The position numbers and the translations under genes were made by a program. Of a stretch of DNA of 64,000 nt, positions 52,037 through 61,464 are shown piece by piece. Numbering within the stretch: the stretch's first letter is position 1; each line of letters begins with the position of its first letter. Under the pieces are notes generated by a model. That model saw only the letters and a program-made list of their open reading frames with translations, was not told where the DNA came from and made no database searches. Origin of the DNA: Prochlorococcus sp. AG-679-M23 (lineage in GTDB: Bacteria > Cyanobacteriota > Cyanobacteriia > PCC-6307 > Cyanobiaceae); assembly GCA_003208875.1 (NCBI GenBank), contig QCUR01000005.1:64001-128000 (forward strand), written 5' to 3'.

Positions 52037-52132
52037 TTAGCCTCCTTCGGCAAAAGTTATGAGTAGTAATATTGACAAAATCATACCTGGAGAAAGCAAA
52101 AGTATTAAAAGGCCTAAGTCATGTAAAGACAT
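52037..52132 (-). CDS. Small single-TM protein, 31 aa (not in the ORF track)
   Basis: Manual translation MSLHDLGLLILLLSPGMILSILLLITFAEGG*. Runs ATG to TAA, is co-directional with its neighbours, and is visibly less AT-rich than the flanking spacers. Confidence 0.65.
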   Translation of the reverse strand: MSLHDLGLLILLLSPGMILSILLLITFAEGG

Positions 52133-52168
52133 TAAAAAATAATAGTATTATTTAATAATATTAGGATT

Positions 52169-52486
52169 TCAATTTTTTTTAATCAAAAAACTTCGAATAA
52201 ATACAATAAAAAGACCTAATCCTATAAACGCAAAAGAAAAAGTTAATAAGAAGGACAATCCAATAATTAATGTATTAATACTAGAAGATATACTTTGAAC
52301 AATTTCAGATGAGTTAGATGGTTTATGGAGTGAAAAGTAAATTGCAATTTTATTACTTATAAAATAAGAAAATATACAAAGGAGGAAACTTGTTAATGAA
52401 CCAGTTAAAAAACTTAGGGGACCTTTTTTAGGGGTATTTTGAGTTTCAATATTTACTTTATTAATTGATGATTGTTCATTATTCAT
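52169..52486 (-). CDS. DUF3082-like membrane protein
   Basis: KGPLSFLTGS and GLSFLLTFSFAFIGLGL patterns; two TM helices. Confidence 0.72.
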   Translation of the reverse strand: MNNEQSSINKVNIETQNTPKKGPLSFLTGSLTSFLLCIFSYFISNKIAIYFSLHKPSNSSEIVQSISSSINTLIIGLSFLLTFSFAFIGLGLFIVFIRSFLIKKN

Positions 52487-52509
52487 TTTTAATAGAAAAA
52501 ATTTTTTTT

Positions 52510-53448
52510 TTACAAAAAGGTAATACCGCTATTAATTAATTTACAGACCCACGCTTCAAATCCATAATTATTAAATATTTTATGATTTTGTTCAAAAACT
52601 TCACTAGCTATATTTATATCTTTAAAAAGAGCAAAACATGTTGGACCAGATCCACTCATTGAGAATGATAAACAATTTTGCAAATTTGAAAGTAGATATA
52701 ATGCTTTCTTTACAGAATTATTTTCTCTCTCAACAATTACCTGCAAATCATTTTTTACATTTATCCTTTGTTCTGATAATTTGAAATCGTGGAATCCGTT
52801 TACTCTTAAATCATTTCTGATTTTGTTTGTTTTCTTAGTTTCAGTAAAATGTTTTGGACAAAATTCTTTACTATATTTTTTATAAGTATCTACAGTTGAA
52901 ATTGAAATATTTGGGTTTTTTAAAAGAATTACGCCAAAGTCAAAATTAGAACTGTATTTCTCAAGAATTTCTCCCCTTCCGAAACAAAATTGGCATCCCC
53001 CTTCTATAAAAAAGGGTACATCTGATCCTAGTTTTTTCGAAAGTAAAAAAATATTTTCATAATCAAGGTCCAAATCCCATAATTTATTAAGTCCAATTAA
53101 TGTTGCAGCTGCATTACTAGAACCACCAGCTAAACCAGCACCGATAGGAATATTCTTTTTTAAAAATATATTAGCCCCTAATTCTTTATTTTTTGATAGG
53201 TCCTTTATATAATTCGCCGCTTTTATTATTAAGTTATCTTCATCTAAACTTAGATCTTTGCTATCAGACTTTAACTTAATTTCGCCAATTTGATTATTCT
53301 CAAATTCTATATAATCAGAAAGATCTATATTCTGCATTATCATCGCTAATTCATGATATCCGTCCTCTCTTTTTCCGATTATTTCAAGATGAAGGTTTAT
53401 CTTTGCATGTGATTTAACGCAAATCTTAGTTGTAGATAATTTTGACAT
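52510..53448 (-). CDS. ispE: 4-diphosphocytidyl-2-C-methyl-D-erythritol kinase
   Basis: AKINLHL, GHMP motif IPIGAGLAGGSSNAA, GSDVPF and MSGSGPT. Confidence 0.96.
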   Translation of the reverse strand: MSKLSTTKICVKSHAKINLHLEIIGKREDGYHELAMIMQNIDLSDYIEFENNQIGEIKLKSDSKDLSLDEDNLIIKAANYIKDLSKNKELGANIFLKKNIPIGAGLAGGSSNAAATLIGLNKLWDLDLDYENIFLLSKKLGSDVPFFIEGGCQFCFGRGEILEKYSSNFDFGVILLKNPNISISTVDTYKKYSKEFCPKHFTETKKTNKIRNDLRVNGFHDFKLSEQRINVKNDLQVIVERENNSVKKALYLLSNLQNCLSFSMSGSGPTCFALFKDINIASEVFEQNHKIFNNYGFEAWVCKLINSGITFL

Positions 53449-53449
53449 T

Positions 53450-54283
53450 TTACTGATTCTTGTTTGTTATTTTAATACAAGCCTCTGCAAGCTTAATCCA
53501 TTTCTTAATTGAAATATCCTGAGGTCTTGAATTAAAGGATATTTGAGATGATTCTGATAATTGCTCTATCTCATCTGATGAAAGTATTGAATTAAGTGTA
53601 TTTCTTATCATTTTTCTTCTTGAATTAAATGAAATCCTAAGAAGTTTATCTAAATATTTCTCTAGTTTAATATCTAAACGCATCTCTGGTCTCAATGGTT
53701 CAAAAACAACCAGAGAAGAAAACACTTTTGGAGGTGGGTCAAAAGAAGATGGAGGTACATCACATATTCTTTTTATGTTAGAGATGAGTTGCATTCGCAC
53801 ACTCAGAGCTCCTGCATTCGTACTTCCATCCTTAGCTAAGATCCTATCTACAACATCCTTTTGCATTAAGAAAATTATTTTATTGTAATTATTCTTGCTA
53901 ATTATTCCTAATCTTCCTACAAAAATATCCAATATTGGACCTGTAATATTGTATGGGATATTTGCGATAACTTTTGTAATTTTTTTATTTATTGAGTCAA
54001 GATTTGTTGAAAGAATATCTCCTTGTTGAAGAGAAAAATTATTATCATTTTTAAATTTATTATTTAAAAGGTCAATTAAATCTTTATCTAACTCGATAGC
54101 ATGCAATCTACTAATTTTCGAATCTAATAATTTCGATGTTAAAGCTCCTCTTCCGGGACCAATTTCTAGAATAAAATCTTTTTCTTCCAGTTCAGCTACC
54201 TCTTTGATTTTCTCTAATATCAGATTATTAACCAACCAATGTTGTCCAAATCTTTTTTTTTGATGATGGTTCTTAAAATTCAT
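53450..54283 (-). CDS. rsmA: 16S rRNA m6,2A1518/1519 dimethyltransferase KsgA
   Basis: [28 protein letters not shown] and PPPKV motifs; ATG at 54283 preferred over the extended ORF start. Confidence 0.96.
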   Translation of the reverse strand: MNFKNHHQKKRFGQHWLVNNLILEKIKEVAELEEKDFILEIGPGRGALTSKLLDSKISRLHAIELDKDLIDLLNNKFKNDNNFSLQQGDILSTNLDSINKKITKVIANIPYNITGPILDIFVGRLGIISKNNYNKIIFLMQKDVVDRILAKDGSTNAGALSVRMQLISNIKRICDVPPSSFDPPPKVFSSLVVFEPLRPEMRLDIKLEKYLDKLLRISFNSRRKMIRNTLNSILSSDEIEQLSESSQISFNSRPQDISIKKWIKLAEACIKITNKNQ

Positions 54284-54341
54284 CCAAAAGAGAAATAATA
54301 TGTTTAAATTAAATGTACATCTTATATCTTTATTAAATAGT

Positions 54342-54653
54342 ATGGGCCTATCAAAAAAAAATTTAGGTAAACTCAATACTTTTATTAAAAATAATAATTT
54401 AGTTAGCAAAAATAACCCAATTAAAAAATCTCAAGAATCCCACAATGCTTCCAAAGTTGAAGACCCTTCCAAAATTTTTTATTCTATAATTGATAACTCC
54501 GATAATATAAATGAGACATCAGATGCAAATCAATTATTAAAAAAAAGTGAGGATGTTTTTCATAATATAAATGCTAGAAAAACTAATACATCAGAGAATC
54601 TATCTACAGAGGAAGAACTATATGACGAATTTAATTATCTTCTTGATGAATAA
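54342..54653 (+). CDS. Hypothetical protein, N/K-rich with acidic C-terminus
   Basis: Open frame upstream of rlmH, ending [17 protein letters not shown] at 54342 preferred (54300 possible). Confidence 0.6.
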   Translation: MGLSKKNLGKLNTFIKNNNLVSKNNPIKKSQESHNASKVEDPSKIFYSIIDNSDNINETSDANQLLKKSEDVFHNINARKTNTSENLSTEEELYDEFNYLLDE

Positions 54654-54673
54654 AGAAATTTTTCTTTTTTTCT

Positions 54674-55087
54674 ATGCTTCAAACTAATAGATTATCAATA
54701 AATGCTATTGGTAAAATAAAAAAAAATTGGATAAGAGAAGGAATTAATCAATACAAAAAAAGAATGCCTGATCTTATTATTAATGAAACTAAGAGTTTTA
54801 ATATTGATAATATTCGAGTTAATAATATTATTATTTGCCTAACTGAAGAAGGACAATCCTTTAATTCAATTGAACTAACTTCCTTACTTTTAAATTTTAA
54901 AAATAAAAAAATTAATTTTCTTATTGGAGACGCAGATGGAATCCCTTCAGATATTAAAGATAAATCAAATCTTCTATTAAGCCTCTCTCCTCTTACTTTT
55001 CCTCATGAACTTGCAAGATTAATTCTTATCGAACAAATTTATAGAGCTGTTTCTATTTCTAATAATTCGCCTTATCATCGCGTATAA
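54674..55087 (+). CDS. rlmH: 23S rRNA pseudouridine-1915 N3-methyltransferase
   Basis: [14 protein letters not shown] and [24 protein letters not shown]...PYH motifs. Confidence 0.92.
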   Translation: MLQTNRLSINAIGKIKKNWIREGINQYKKRMPDLIINETKSFNIDNIRVNNIIICLTEEGQSFNSIELTSLLLNFKNKKINFLIGDADGIPSDIKDKSNLLLSLSPLTFPHELARLILIEQIYRAVSISNNSPYHRV

Positions 55088-55151
55088 ACAGAAGATTTAA
55101 GATTAATACATAAACCTCTTAAAACAAACACAATTTTAATTTTTTAATATA

Positions 55152-55167
55152 TAGTATATATGTACTA
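55152..55167. promoter_or_regulatory. Cyanobacterial LexA (SOS) box upstream of umuD
   Basis: TAGTATATATGTACTA is a near-palindrome matching AGTAC-N4-GTACT with one mismatch, 41 nt upstream of the umuD GTG. Confidence 0.75.
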
Positions 55168-55208
55168 TTACAAGAATTTCGTATTCTTCTGATTTAACTT
55201 TTAAAAAG

Positions 55209-55595
55209 GTGAAGATTCCATTATTAAGTGATTCGGTCTCAGCAGGTTTCCCCTCTCCTGCAGATGACTATACTGAAGAAAATATTGATTTGAACGAGCA
55301 TTTAATATCTAATCCTTTTAGTACTTTTTTTCTTAGAGTCAAAGGTGACTCAATGATCAATTCAGGAATTAAAGATAAAGATTTAATAATAGTAGATAAG
55401 AGTCTAACTGCTAAACCAGGAAATATTATTATTGCGATGATAGATGGAGAATTTACGATAAAAAGATTATCCATAAAAAATAATGAATTATATTTAAAAG
55501 CAGAAAATCATAAATATCCAGACTTCAGTTTTAGAAATCATATTGATATACAAATTTGGGGAGTTGTAATCTATTCAATACATAGTTACTTATGA
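55209..55595 (+). CDS. umuD: DNA polymerase V auxiliary subunit UmuD (S24 peptidase)
   Basis: Autocleavage site VSA/GFPSPA, catalytic Ser in GDSM and Lys in FTIKRL. Confidence 0.93.
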   Translation: MKIPLLSDSVSAGFPSPADDYTEENIDLNEHLISNPFSTFFLRVKGDSMINSGIKDKDLIIVDKSLTAKPGNIIIAMIDGEFTIKRLSIKNNELYLKAENHKYPDFSFRNHIDIQIWGVVIYSIHSYL

Positions 55596-56884
55596 AAAGT
55601 AAAAGCTCAAGTACTGAAGCAATAGCTCTTATAGATGCCAACAATTTCTACGCATCGTGCGAACAAAGTATTAACCCCAATTTAAGGAATAAACCAGTAG
55701 TAATCTTATCTAATAACGACGGATGTATTATCGCAAGAAGCCCTGAAGCTCGTGCTTTGAAAATAAAAATGGGAATTCCTTATTTTAAAGTCAAAGAAAG
55801 TTTGTATAACCTAAAGGTTGCAGTCCTAAGTTCCAATTACTCGCTCTATGGTGATATGAGCAAGAGATTAATGAATTTATTAAAGGACTATTCTGAAGAA
55901 ATAGAGGTTTATTCTATTGATGAAGCCTTTATTTCAATTCTTAGACCTAAAGATAAGAATTTAAATCCTTGGGCAAGAAAAGTAAGGTGCTTAATATATC
56001 AAAATCTAGGAATAACTTTAACAATAGGAATAGCAGAAAACAAAGTAAGGGCAAAAATTGCTAATAATCTAGCTAAGAATATAGATTCTTCCGCAGGAAT
56101 ATTTGATTTAGCTAGGATCTATAATGATAATGATTACTTAAGAAAAATTAGTATAGAAAAAATATGGGGTATTGGTAAACAAACATCTAATTGGTTACAA
56201 AGCAAAGGGATTAAAAATGCAAAAGAATTTAGAGATATGGATGAAGATGAAATCATTAAGAAATTAGGGATCATAGGGAAAAGATTACAAATGGAATTAA
56301 AAGGTAAAAAATGTCTTCCGATAGAAATAATTAAGAAGCCAAAAAAAGAGATTCAAGTAAGTAGAAGCTTTGGAAAACCAATCACAAAATTAGAAGATTT
56401 AACTCAAGCATTGGCAATTTATGCAATAAAAGCGGCCGAGAAAATGAGAAGTCAAAGCTTAAAATCATCTGCCATTACTATATTTGTAAGAACTAGTCAT
56501 TATTCAAATAATCCTTATCAAAAAAGTGCTTATAAAAAACTTATAAATGCAACAGATAATACAAGTACTATTTTAAAAACAGTACTTGCATTATCTAAAG
56601 AAATTTATACTCCGGAATATAAATTATCAAAAGCTGGGGTTTTAATGCAGGATTTAACTAATTGCAGATATTTACAGCAATCAATTATCAATTACGAATC
56701 TCAAGAGGAATCAAAAAAATCTATCCGTCTTATGAAAACAATTGACTCCTTGAATAAAAAATTTAATAATGAAGTAATTACATGGGCAATTGCAAAAAAG
56801 CCACAAGAATGGGCAATGAATAGAAATTCATTAAGTTCTGGATCTACAACAGATATTAGAAAAATTCCAAATATAATGATATAA
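55592..56884 (+). CDS. umuC: DNA polymerase V catalytic subunit UmuC (Y family)
   Basis: DANNFYASCE, LSNNDGC, YSIDEAF, IWGIG, SRSFG and C-terminal WAMNR; ATGA overlap with umuD. Confidence 0.93.
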   Translation: MKSKSSSTEAIALIDANNFYASCEQSINPNLRNKPVVILSNNDGCIIARSPEARALKIKMGIPYFKVKESLYNLKVAVLSSNYSLYGDMSKRLMNLLKDYSEEIEVYSIDEAFISILRPKDKNLNPWARKVRCLIYQNLGITLTIGIAENKVRAKIANNLAKNIDSSAGIFDLARIYNDNDYLRKISIEKIWGIGKQTSNWLQSKGIKNAKEFRDMDEDEIIKKLGIIGKRLQMELKGKKCLPIEIIKKPKKEIQVSRSFGKPITKLEDLTQALAIYAIKAAEKMRSQSLKSSAITIFVRTSHYSNNPYQKSAYKKLINATDNTSTILKTVLALSKEIYTPEYKLSKAGVLMQDLTNCRYLQQSIINYESQEESKKSIRLMKTIDSLNKKFNNEVITWAIAKKPQEWAMNRNSLSSGSTTDIRKIPNIMI

Positions 56885-56893
56885 AAATAAAAT

Positions 56894-57349
56894 ATGGAAT
56901 TTATATTATTTTTAAGCAAAATCGATAAGGAGATAATAGAGCTGATTAATAAATCAAATAATTCAATAGAAGAAAATACAGCTCTTTGTGCTATGGATAA
57001 AAAGTTTGTTGGTTTTTACAAAAGAGAAGAAAAAGCAATAGTTATTTGCACTGAAAATGCTAAAAAATTAGGTGGATATAAAGAAGGCGAACGTAATGAT
57101 AATCACAAAACAAATCTTTATATAAGAAGAGCTTTAAGGCATGAAACGACACATCTAGTCCAGTCATGCAATAACAATAAACCCACCGGGATAATAAAAA
57201 ATATAGAAGATAAAATTCATTCAGGAAAATTAAAAGCTTTAAATTCCTCAGTACGAATATCTGGAAATTATTTTAAAGAATTAGAGGCTTATGTCATGGA
57301 GGACAAGCCAAGAAAAGTAAAAGAGGTATTGAAAATTTATTGTTTATAA
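56894..57349 (+). CDS. Hypothetical HExxH (zincin-like) metalloprotein
   Basis: ALRHETTHLVQSC (H83/E84/H87), downstream ELEAY, four Cys, no signal peptide. Confidence 0.65.
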   Translation: MEFILFLSKIDKEIIELINKSNNSIEENTALCAMDKKFVGFYKREEKAIVICTENAKKLGGYKEGERNDNHKTNLYIRRALRHETTHLVQSCNNNKPTGIIKNIEDKIHSGKLKALNSSVRISGNYFKELEAYVMEDKPRKVKEVLKIYCL

Positions 57350-57362
57350 GTTCTTAAAAAAT

Positions 57363-59399
57363 TTATTGGTTAGAAGTAAAATTGCCACAACGTTGTTTAT
57401 CAAGAAAATTGATATGTTGTCTTTCTAGATAATATAATTCTTGAAATTTTAAAGCATCAGAGTTTAAATCTTTGAATACATCTTCAATCTCTTTATTAGA
57501 ATCTGAAGGTTCTAAGGAAGAATTATCGATTAAAATAGAAATACAGTTTTCCAAAGTTTTAAGTCTTTGAGAACCCCAGGATTCAATAAGATGTCTACAT
57601 CTTTTTAATGATTTATATCTTTCAAGAAGAGACAAAGTACCCAGAAGATTATGTTTAGAATTTTTTAAAGTGGTTAAAAATAATTCATCTGGATTAATAA
57701 AAATATTAATTTTATTAGAGACTTCTAAATCATTAAGAGCTAAATGATCGGGCAATAGTGAAATCAAGTTAATTGAAATAAATTCATTATTTAATTGTTT
57801 ATTATTAGGATCTTTCAAATCTTCTAAATAATTTGCACTTAAATTATTTACTTCTATTGTTGAAATAGATTCCCAAATAAGACGAATGTATTCAGTATTG
57901 AAGATGTTAATTTCTCTTTTAAGTAATTCTTCACGAATAAAAAGTCTATGTTCAGGGCAATGTAAATAGTAATAAATAATCTCTGATTCATTTTTTTCAC
58001 GCTGACTAACTTCACTTGGCTGTTCAAATTTTTTTGATCTGCCATGCCAACGAAACCCTTTAACTTGTTTTCTTAAGTCTTCTTCAAATTTAATAGCTAA
58101 TCTCGCTTGACCCATACTTAATCTTTCAGAGACTTTTTGCAAATAGTGAGTTCTTGTAGCAGATTGAGGAAATTTACTTAATAACTTAACTAACGAAGAA
58201 ATAACATTCTGAAAAATATCAGATTTAGATAAGTCTTTATTATCAAAAATCTGATCAATCTCCCAATCAATCCAGAAAGAAGCATTATCTATTAAATTAA
58301 AATAATCTTCTGGTGTATTTTCTTTAAGGTACTCGTCAGGATCTTTAAATGATTTTATTTGCAAGATTTTTAAGTTTATTTGATCGTGAAGAGATAAACT
58401 TTCAACTTCGTTTATAACCCTTTTTGTAGCTAATCTTCCTGCATTATCAGAATCAAAGTTAATTATTATATTTTTACTATCAGTACATCTACAAAGTTGT
58501 GAAATCTGATATTTGTTTAATGCAGTTCCAAGAGAAGCGACAGAATTAGTAATTCCTTTTGAATGAAGTGAAATAACATCGAAATAACCTTCCACTACCA
58601 CTGCCTTGTCTCGTTTTCTAATATTGCTGGATGCTTTATCAAAAGCAAACAACATTTTACCTTTCTCAAAAACTTCAGTTTCGGGAGAATTTAAATATTT
58701 AGGTTCCTGACCATCTAGAGATCTGCCTCCAAAAGCAACTACTCGCCCTTGCATATCAAAAATAGGAACTATCAATCTATTTCTAAATCGATCGTAAACC
58801 TTATCAGTATTATCCTTTGAGATAACAAGACCTGCACTTAAAATTAACTTTAAAGGAAATTTCTCAACTTTTGAAAGGTAATTGAATAAATCATTCCATG
58901 AATTAGGAGCATAACCTAATTCAAAATCATTAATAATTTTAATATTTAAATTTCGTTGTGAAGTCAAATAATGATGTGCTTCCTTACCTAAGGAATTATT
59001 TAATTGAGATTTAAACCATTCCTTTGTTACGCGAAGAATCTTATATAGTTCGTCTCTCCTAGATAATTGTTTTTTATATATTTCTTGCTGAGGCCCATCA
59101 ACATTTATTACATTAATATCATTCTTTTTTGCAAGTGAAAGAACAACATCTGTAAAGTTATTACGTGTAAACTCCATCAAAAATTTAATAGAGTTACCTC
59201 CAGCTCCACAAGAGAAACAATAATAAAATTGTTTTGCAGGAGAAACTGTCATAGATGGCTTATTATCATCATGAAAAGGGCATATACCAACAAATTCTTT
59301 TCCCTTTTTCTTTAGTACGATATGTTCCGAAATAACATCTACAATATCTGCTTTATCTTTAACCTCCTGAATAGTTCTTGGATGTATAGCAGGTCCCAT
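57363..59399 (-). CDS. dnaG: DNA primase
   Basis: Zinc finger CPFH..CFSC, FGGR, KYLNSPET, TOPRIM VEGYFD..FDSD and KDPDE. Confidence 0.97.
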   Translation of the reverse strand: MGPAIHPRTIQEVKDKADIVDVISEHIVLKKKGKEFVGICPFHDDNKPSMTVSPAKQFYYCFSCGAGGNSIKFLMEFTRNNFTDVVLSLAKKNDINVINVDGPQQEIYKKQLSRRDELYKILRVTKEWFKSQLNNSLGKEAHHYLTSQRNLNIKIINDFELGYAPNSWNDLFNYLSKVEKFPLKLILSAGLVISKDNTDKVYDRFRNRLIVPIFDMQGRVVAFGGRSLDGQEPKYLNSPETEVFEKGKMLFAFDKASSNIRKRDKAVVVEGYFDVISLHSKGITNSVASLGTALNKYQISQLCRCTDSKNIIINFDSDNAGRLATKRVINEVESLSLHDQINLKILQIKSFKDPDEYLKENTPEDYFNLIDNASFWIDWEIDQIFDNKDLSKSDIFQNVISSLVKLLSKFPQSATRTHYLQKVSERLSMGQARLAIKFEEDLRKQVKGFRWHGRSKKFEQPSEVSQREKNESEIIYYYLHCPEHRLFIREELLKREINIFNTEYIRLIWESISTIEVNNLSANYLEDLKDPNNKQLNNEFISINLISLLPDHLALNDLEVSNKINIFINPDELFLTTLKNSKHNLLGTLSLLERYKSLKRCRHLIESWGSQRLKTLENCISILIDNSSLEPSDSNKEIEDVFKDLNSDALKFQELYYLERQHINFLDKQRCGNFTSNQ

Positions 59400-59497
59400 T
59401 TATTTATTTTTCTAAAAAGAATTCCTAATAATCATTTTGTTATAGGTCAAATTTTTAAAAGAATCTACTTAATTTCACAATAAAACTATTTTTAGTA

Positions 59498-60385
59498 ATG
59501 CTTATAGAATTTTTTAATCAAAAGAATAATTCATTTAAAAAAGTAAATTTAATATTGGCATCGTTTTTCTTCAGTCTTATGACTGTTTGCGTAAAAAAAA
59601 TTGATAATAGAATACCTATATATGAATTAGTATTTTTTAGATCATTATTAAGCTTGTTCATTACCTCTCTGATAATAAATAAAAAAAATTTAAATCCCTG
59701 GGGAAAGAACAAACCATTACTAATTTTAAGGGGCATTTTAGGGACGATAGCTTTGGTTTGTATATTTTATGCTATTAAAAATATGCCTTTAAATATTTCT
59801 ACTGTTATTCAATATACATACCCTTTATTCATATCTATTTTTGCAGGAATTCTAATTAATGAAAAGGTTGCTAAAAATCTGATTATTGCATTGATAACAG
59901 GATGGTTAGGAATATTAATAATCTTAAATCCCTATCAATTATCCAGTTTAAACATTGAGCTAGATAAATTTACTGTTTTAATAGCATTTCTTGGTTCTAT
60001 ATCAACAGCCCTAGCTTACATAACTGTTAAAAAACTATCATCTACTGAAGATATTTTCATAATAATTAAATACTTTCCTTTAATGTCCGTAATAACATTA
60101 TCACCAATTGTATTTTTCAATTGGGTAACACCCAATATTAATGATTTAATTTGGATAATCGGGATAGGGATATTTACCCAAGCTGGACAAACATTTTTAA
60201 CAATTGGATTAAAGAAATTACCAACTTCAGAAGCGGCTAGGATAAATTATTTACAAGTACTTTTTGGTTCTTTATGGGGAATTGTGTTATTTAATGAACT
60301 AATAAATATTAACTTTATTTTTGGTGCAGTACTAGTTTTGTTAGGAACTATTATATCTACTAGCAAAAAACTAAAAAAGATTTAA
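59498..60385 (+). CDS. DMT/EamA family transporter
   Basis: About 10 TM helices in two EamA repeats (ELVFFRS, YTYPLF..ILINEK, WGIVLFNE). Confidence 0.88.
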   Translation: MLIEFFNQKNNSFKKVNLILASFFFSLMTVCVKKIDNRIPIYELVFFRSLLSLFITSLIINKKNLNPWGKNKPLLILRGILGTIALVCIFYAIKNMPLNISTVIQYTYPLFISIFAGILINEKVAKNLIIALITGWLGILIILNPYQLSSLNIELDKFTVLIAFLGSISTALAYITVKKLSSTEDIFIIIKYFPLMSVITLSPIVFFNWVTPNINDLIWIIGIGIFTQAGQTFLTIGLKKLPTSEAARINYLQVLFGSLWGIVLFNELININFIFGAVLVLLGTIISTSKKLKKI

Positions 60386-60399
60386 AATAAAAAAAAAGT

Positions 60400-60759
60400 A
60401 TGTTTGTAATGAAATTTTTCTTATTAGCATTTTTCAGTCTTTATCCATTTCTCCAAGTAAAAGCATCAACGCCTAAATCTGTAACATGCACTAGGACTGA
60501 ATATAGGGAAGAATATATTCCCGGTACAAAATCAAGTCCTGGTTATGTAAGAAATTACGAAATTGATGTGGAAATTCCATGCGGAGGAGAAAAGGCCAAA
60601 AATATTGATGACAATGACTGTAGTGAGGGATCAGTAATAGGTGGACTCCTTGGAGCTGGAATAGCTCTTTCTTCATCTAGAGGTAAAGATAGATTTTGGG
60701 CAGTCCCAGCAGGAGGTACAGCAGGTGCTCTTCTTGGATGTCAGGTGGATGGTGGTTAA
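60400..60759 (+). CDS. Secreted protein with C-terminal glycine zipper (2TM)
   Basis: Signal-peptide-like N-terminus ending VKA; EGSVIGGLLGAGIA...AGGTAGALLGC; four Cys. Confidence 0.7.
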   Translation: MFVMKFFLLAFFSLYPFLQVKASTPKSVTCTRTEYREEYIPGTKSSPGYVRNYEIDVEIPCGGEKAKNIDDNDCSEGSVIGGLLGAGIALSSSRGKDRFWAVPAGGTAGALLGCQVDGG

Positions 60760-61407
60760 TTGATTAGTTGGATAAAGGGAGAATTAGTAAGTTCATGGAA
60801 TGCTAATAATAAATTTTATATTTTAGTAAATTGTCAGGGATTAGGTTATGAAATTCAGACTCTGGAATCTGTCATATTGAATATAAATAAAATTACTGAA
60901 AAAGAAATAATACTATGGCTAAAACATATAAAAAAAGAAGATTCTGATATGCTCTTTGGATTTAACTCTAAAGAGCAAAGAGATTTCTTTATTCAAATTC
61001 TAAATATTAAAGGTATTGGCTCCCAAATCGGGATGTCTTTATTAAATAAATTTTCTGTAAATCAATTAATTAATGCAATTTCTAATAATGATAAAAAATC
61101 GATAAGTTCTGTTCAAGGAATTGGTCAAAAAATGACTGATAGAATAATCCTTGAATTAAAAAGTAAGGTAATTACAAAACAAATTGAAAAAGAAAATTTA
61201 AATAGAAATAATTTCCTTGAAGAAAATAAAAACTTAGATTCAATTTTTAAAGATATTGACTTAACACTTCAATCTTTAAACTATTCTAAGAAAGAGATTA
61301 AAAACTTATTTCCAAAACTTATTAATAATATTAAAAATTCATCTTTAGAAAAAAAGTCTATTTCTTTTGAAAATTTATTAAAAGAAGCATTGAACTATTT
61401 AGACTAA
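60760..61407 (+). CDS. ruvA: Holliday junction branch migration protein RuvA
   Basis: MISWIKG, GLGYEI, LFGF and HhH motifs IKGIG and VQGIGQKMTDRIILELK. Confidence 0.93.
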   Translation: MISWIKGELVSSWNANNKFYILVNCQGLGYEIQTLESVILNINKITEKEIILWLKHIKKEDSDMLFGFNSKEQRDFFIQILNIKGIGSQIGMSLLNKFSVNQLINAISNNDKKSISSVQGIGQKMTDRIILELKSKVITKQIEKENLNRNNFLEENKNLDSIFKDIDLTLQSLNYSKKEIKNLFPKLINNIKNSSLEKKSISFENLLKEALNYLD

Positions 61408-61464
61408 CAATAATAGTAATTTAGACCAGTAACGTAGTAATATGTCTAAAGGTAGATAAATTTT

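Noticed and set aside
54284..54409. N-terminal extension of the rsmA ORF overlapping the divergent hypothetical gene
   Set aside because: KsgA homology begins at [14 protein letters not shown] (ATG 54283), so the extension is a longest-ORF artefact.
54342..57349. umuDC region as a mobile element or prophage remnant
   Set aside because: There is no integrase, transposase, att repeat or evident compositional shift, and it is flanked by core rlmH and dnaG.
1044..60676. Many 60-106 aa ORFs nested in or antisense to known genes (e.g. 2931-3179, 8672-8935, 19787-20050, 37458-37778, 39002-39295, 49247-49519, 50217-50495)
   Set aside because: They are fully overlapped by well-supported genes, have no motifs, and are expected by chance from antisense codon bias.
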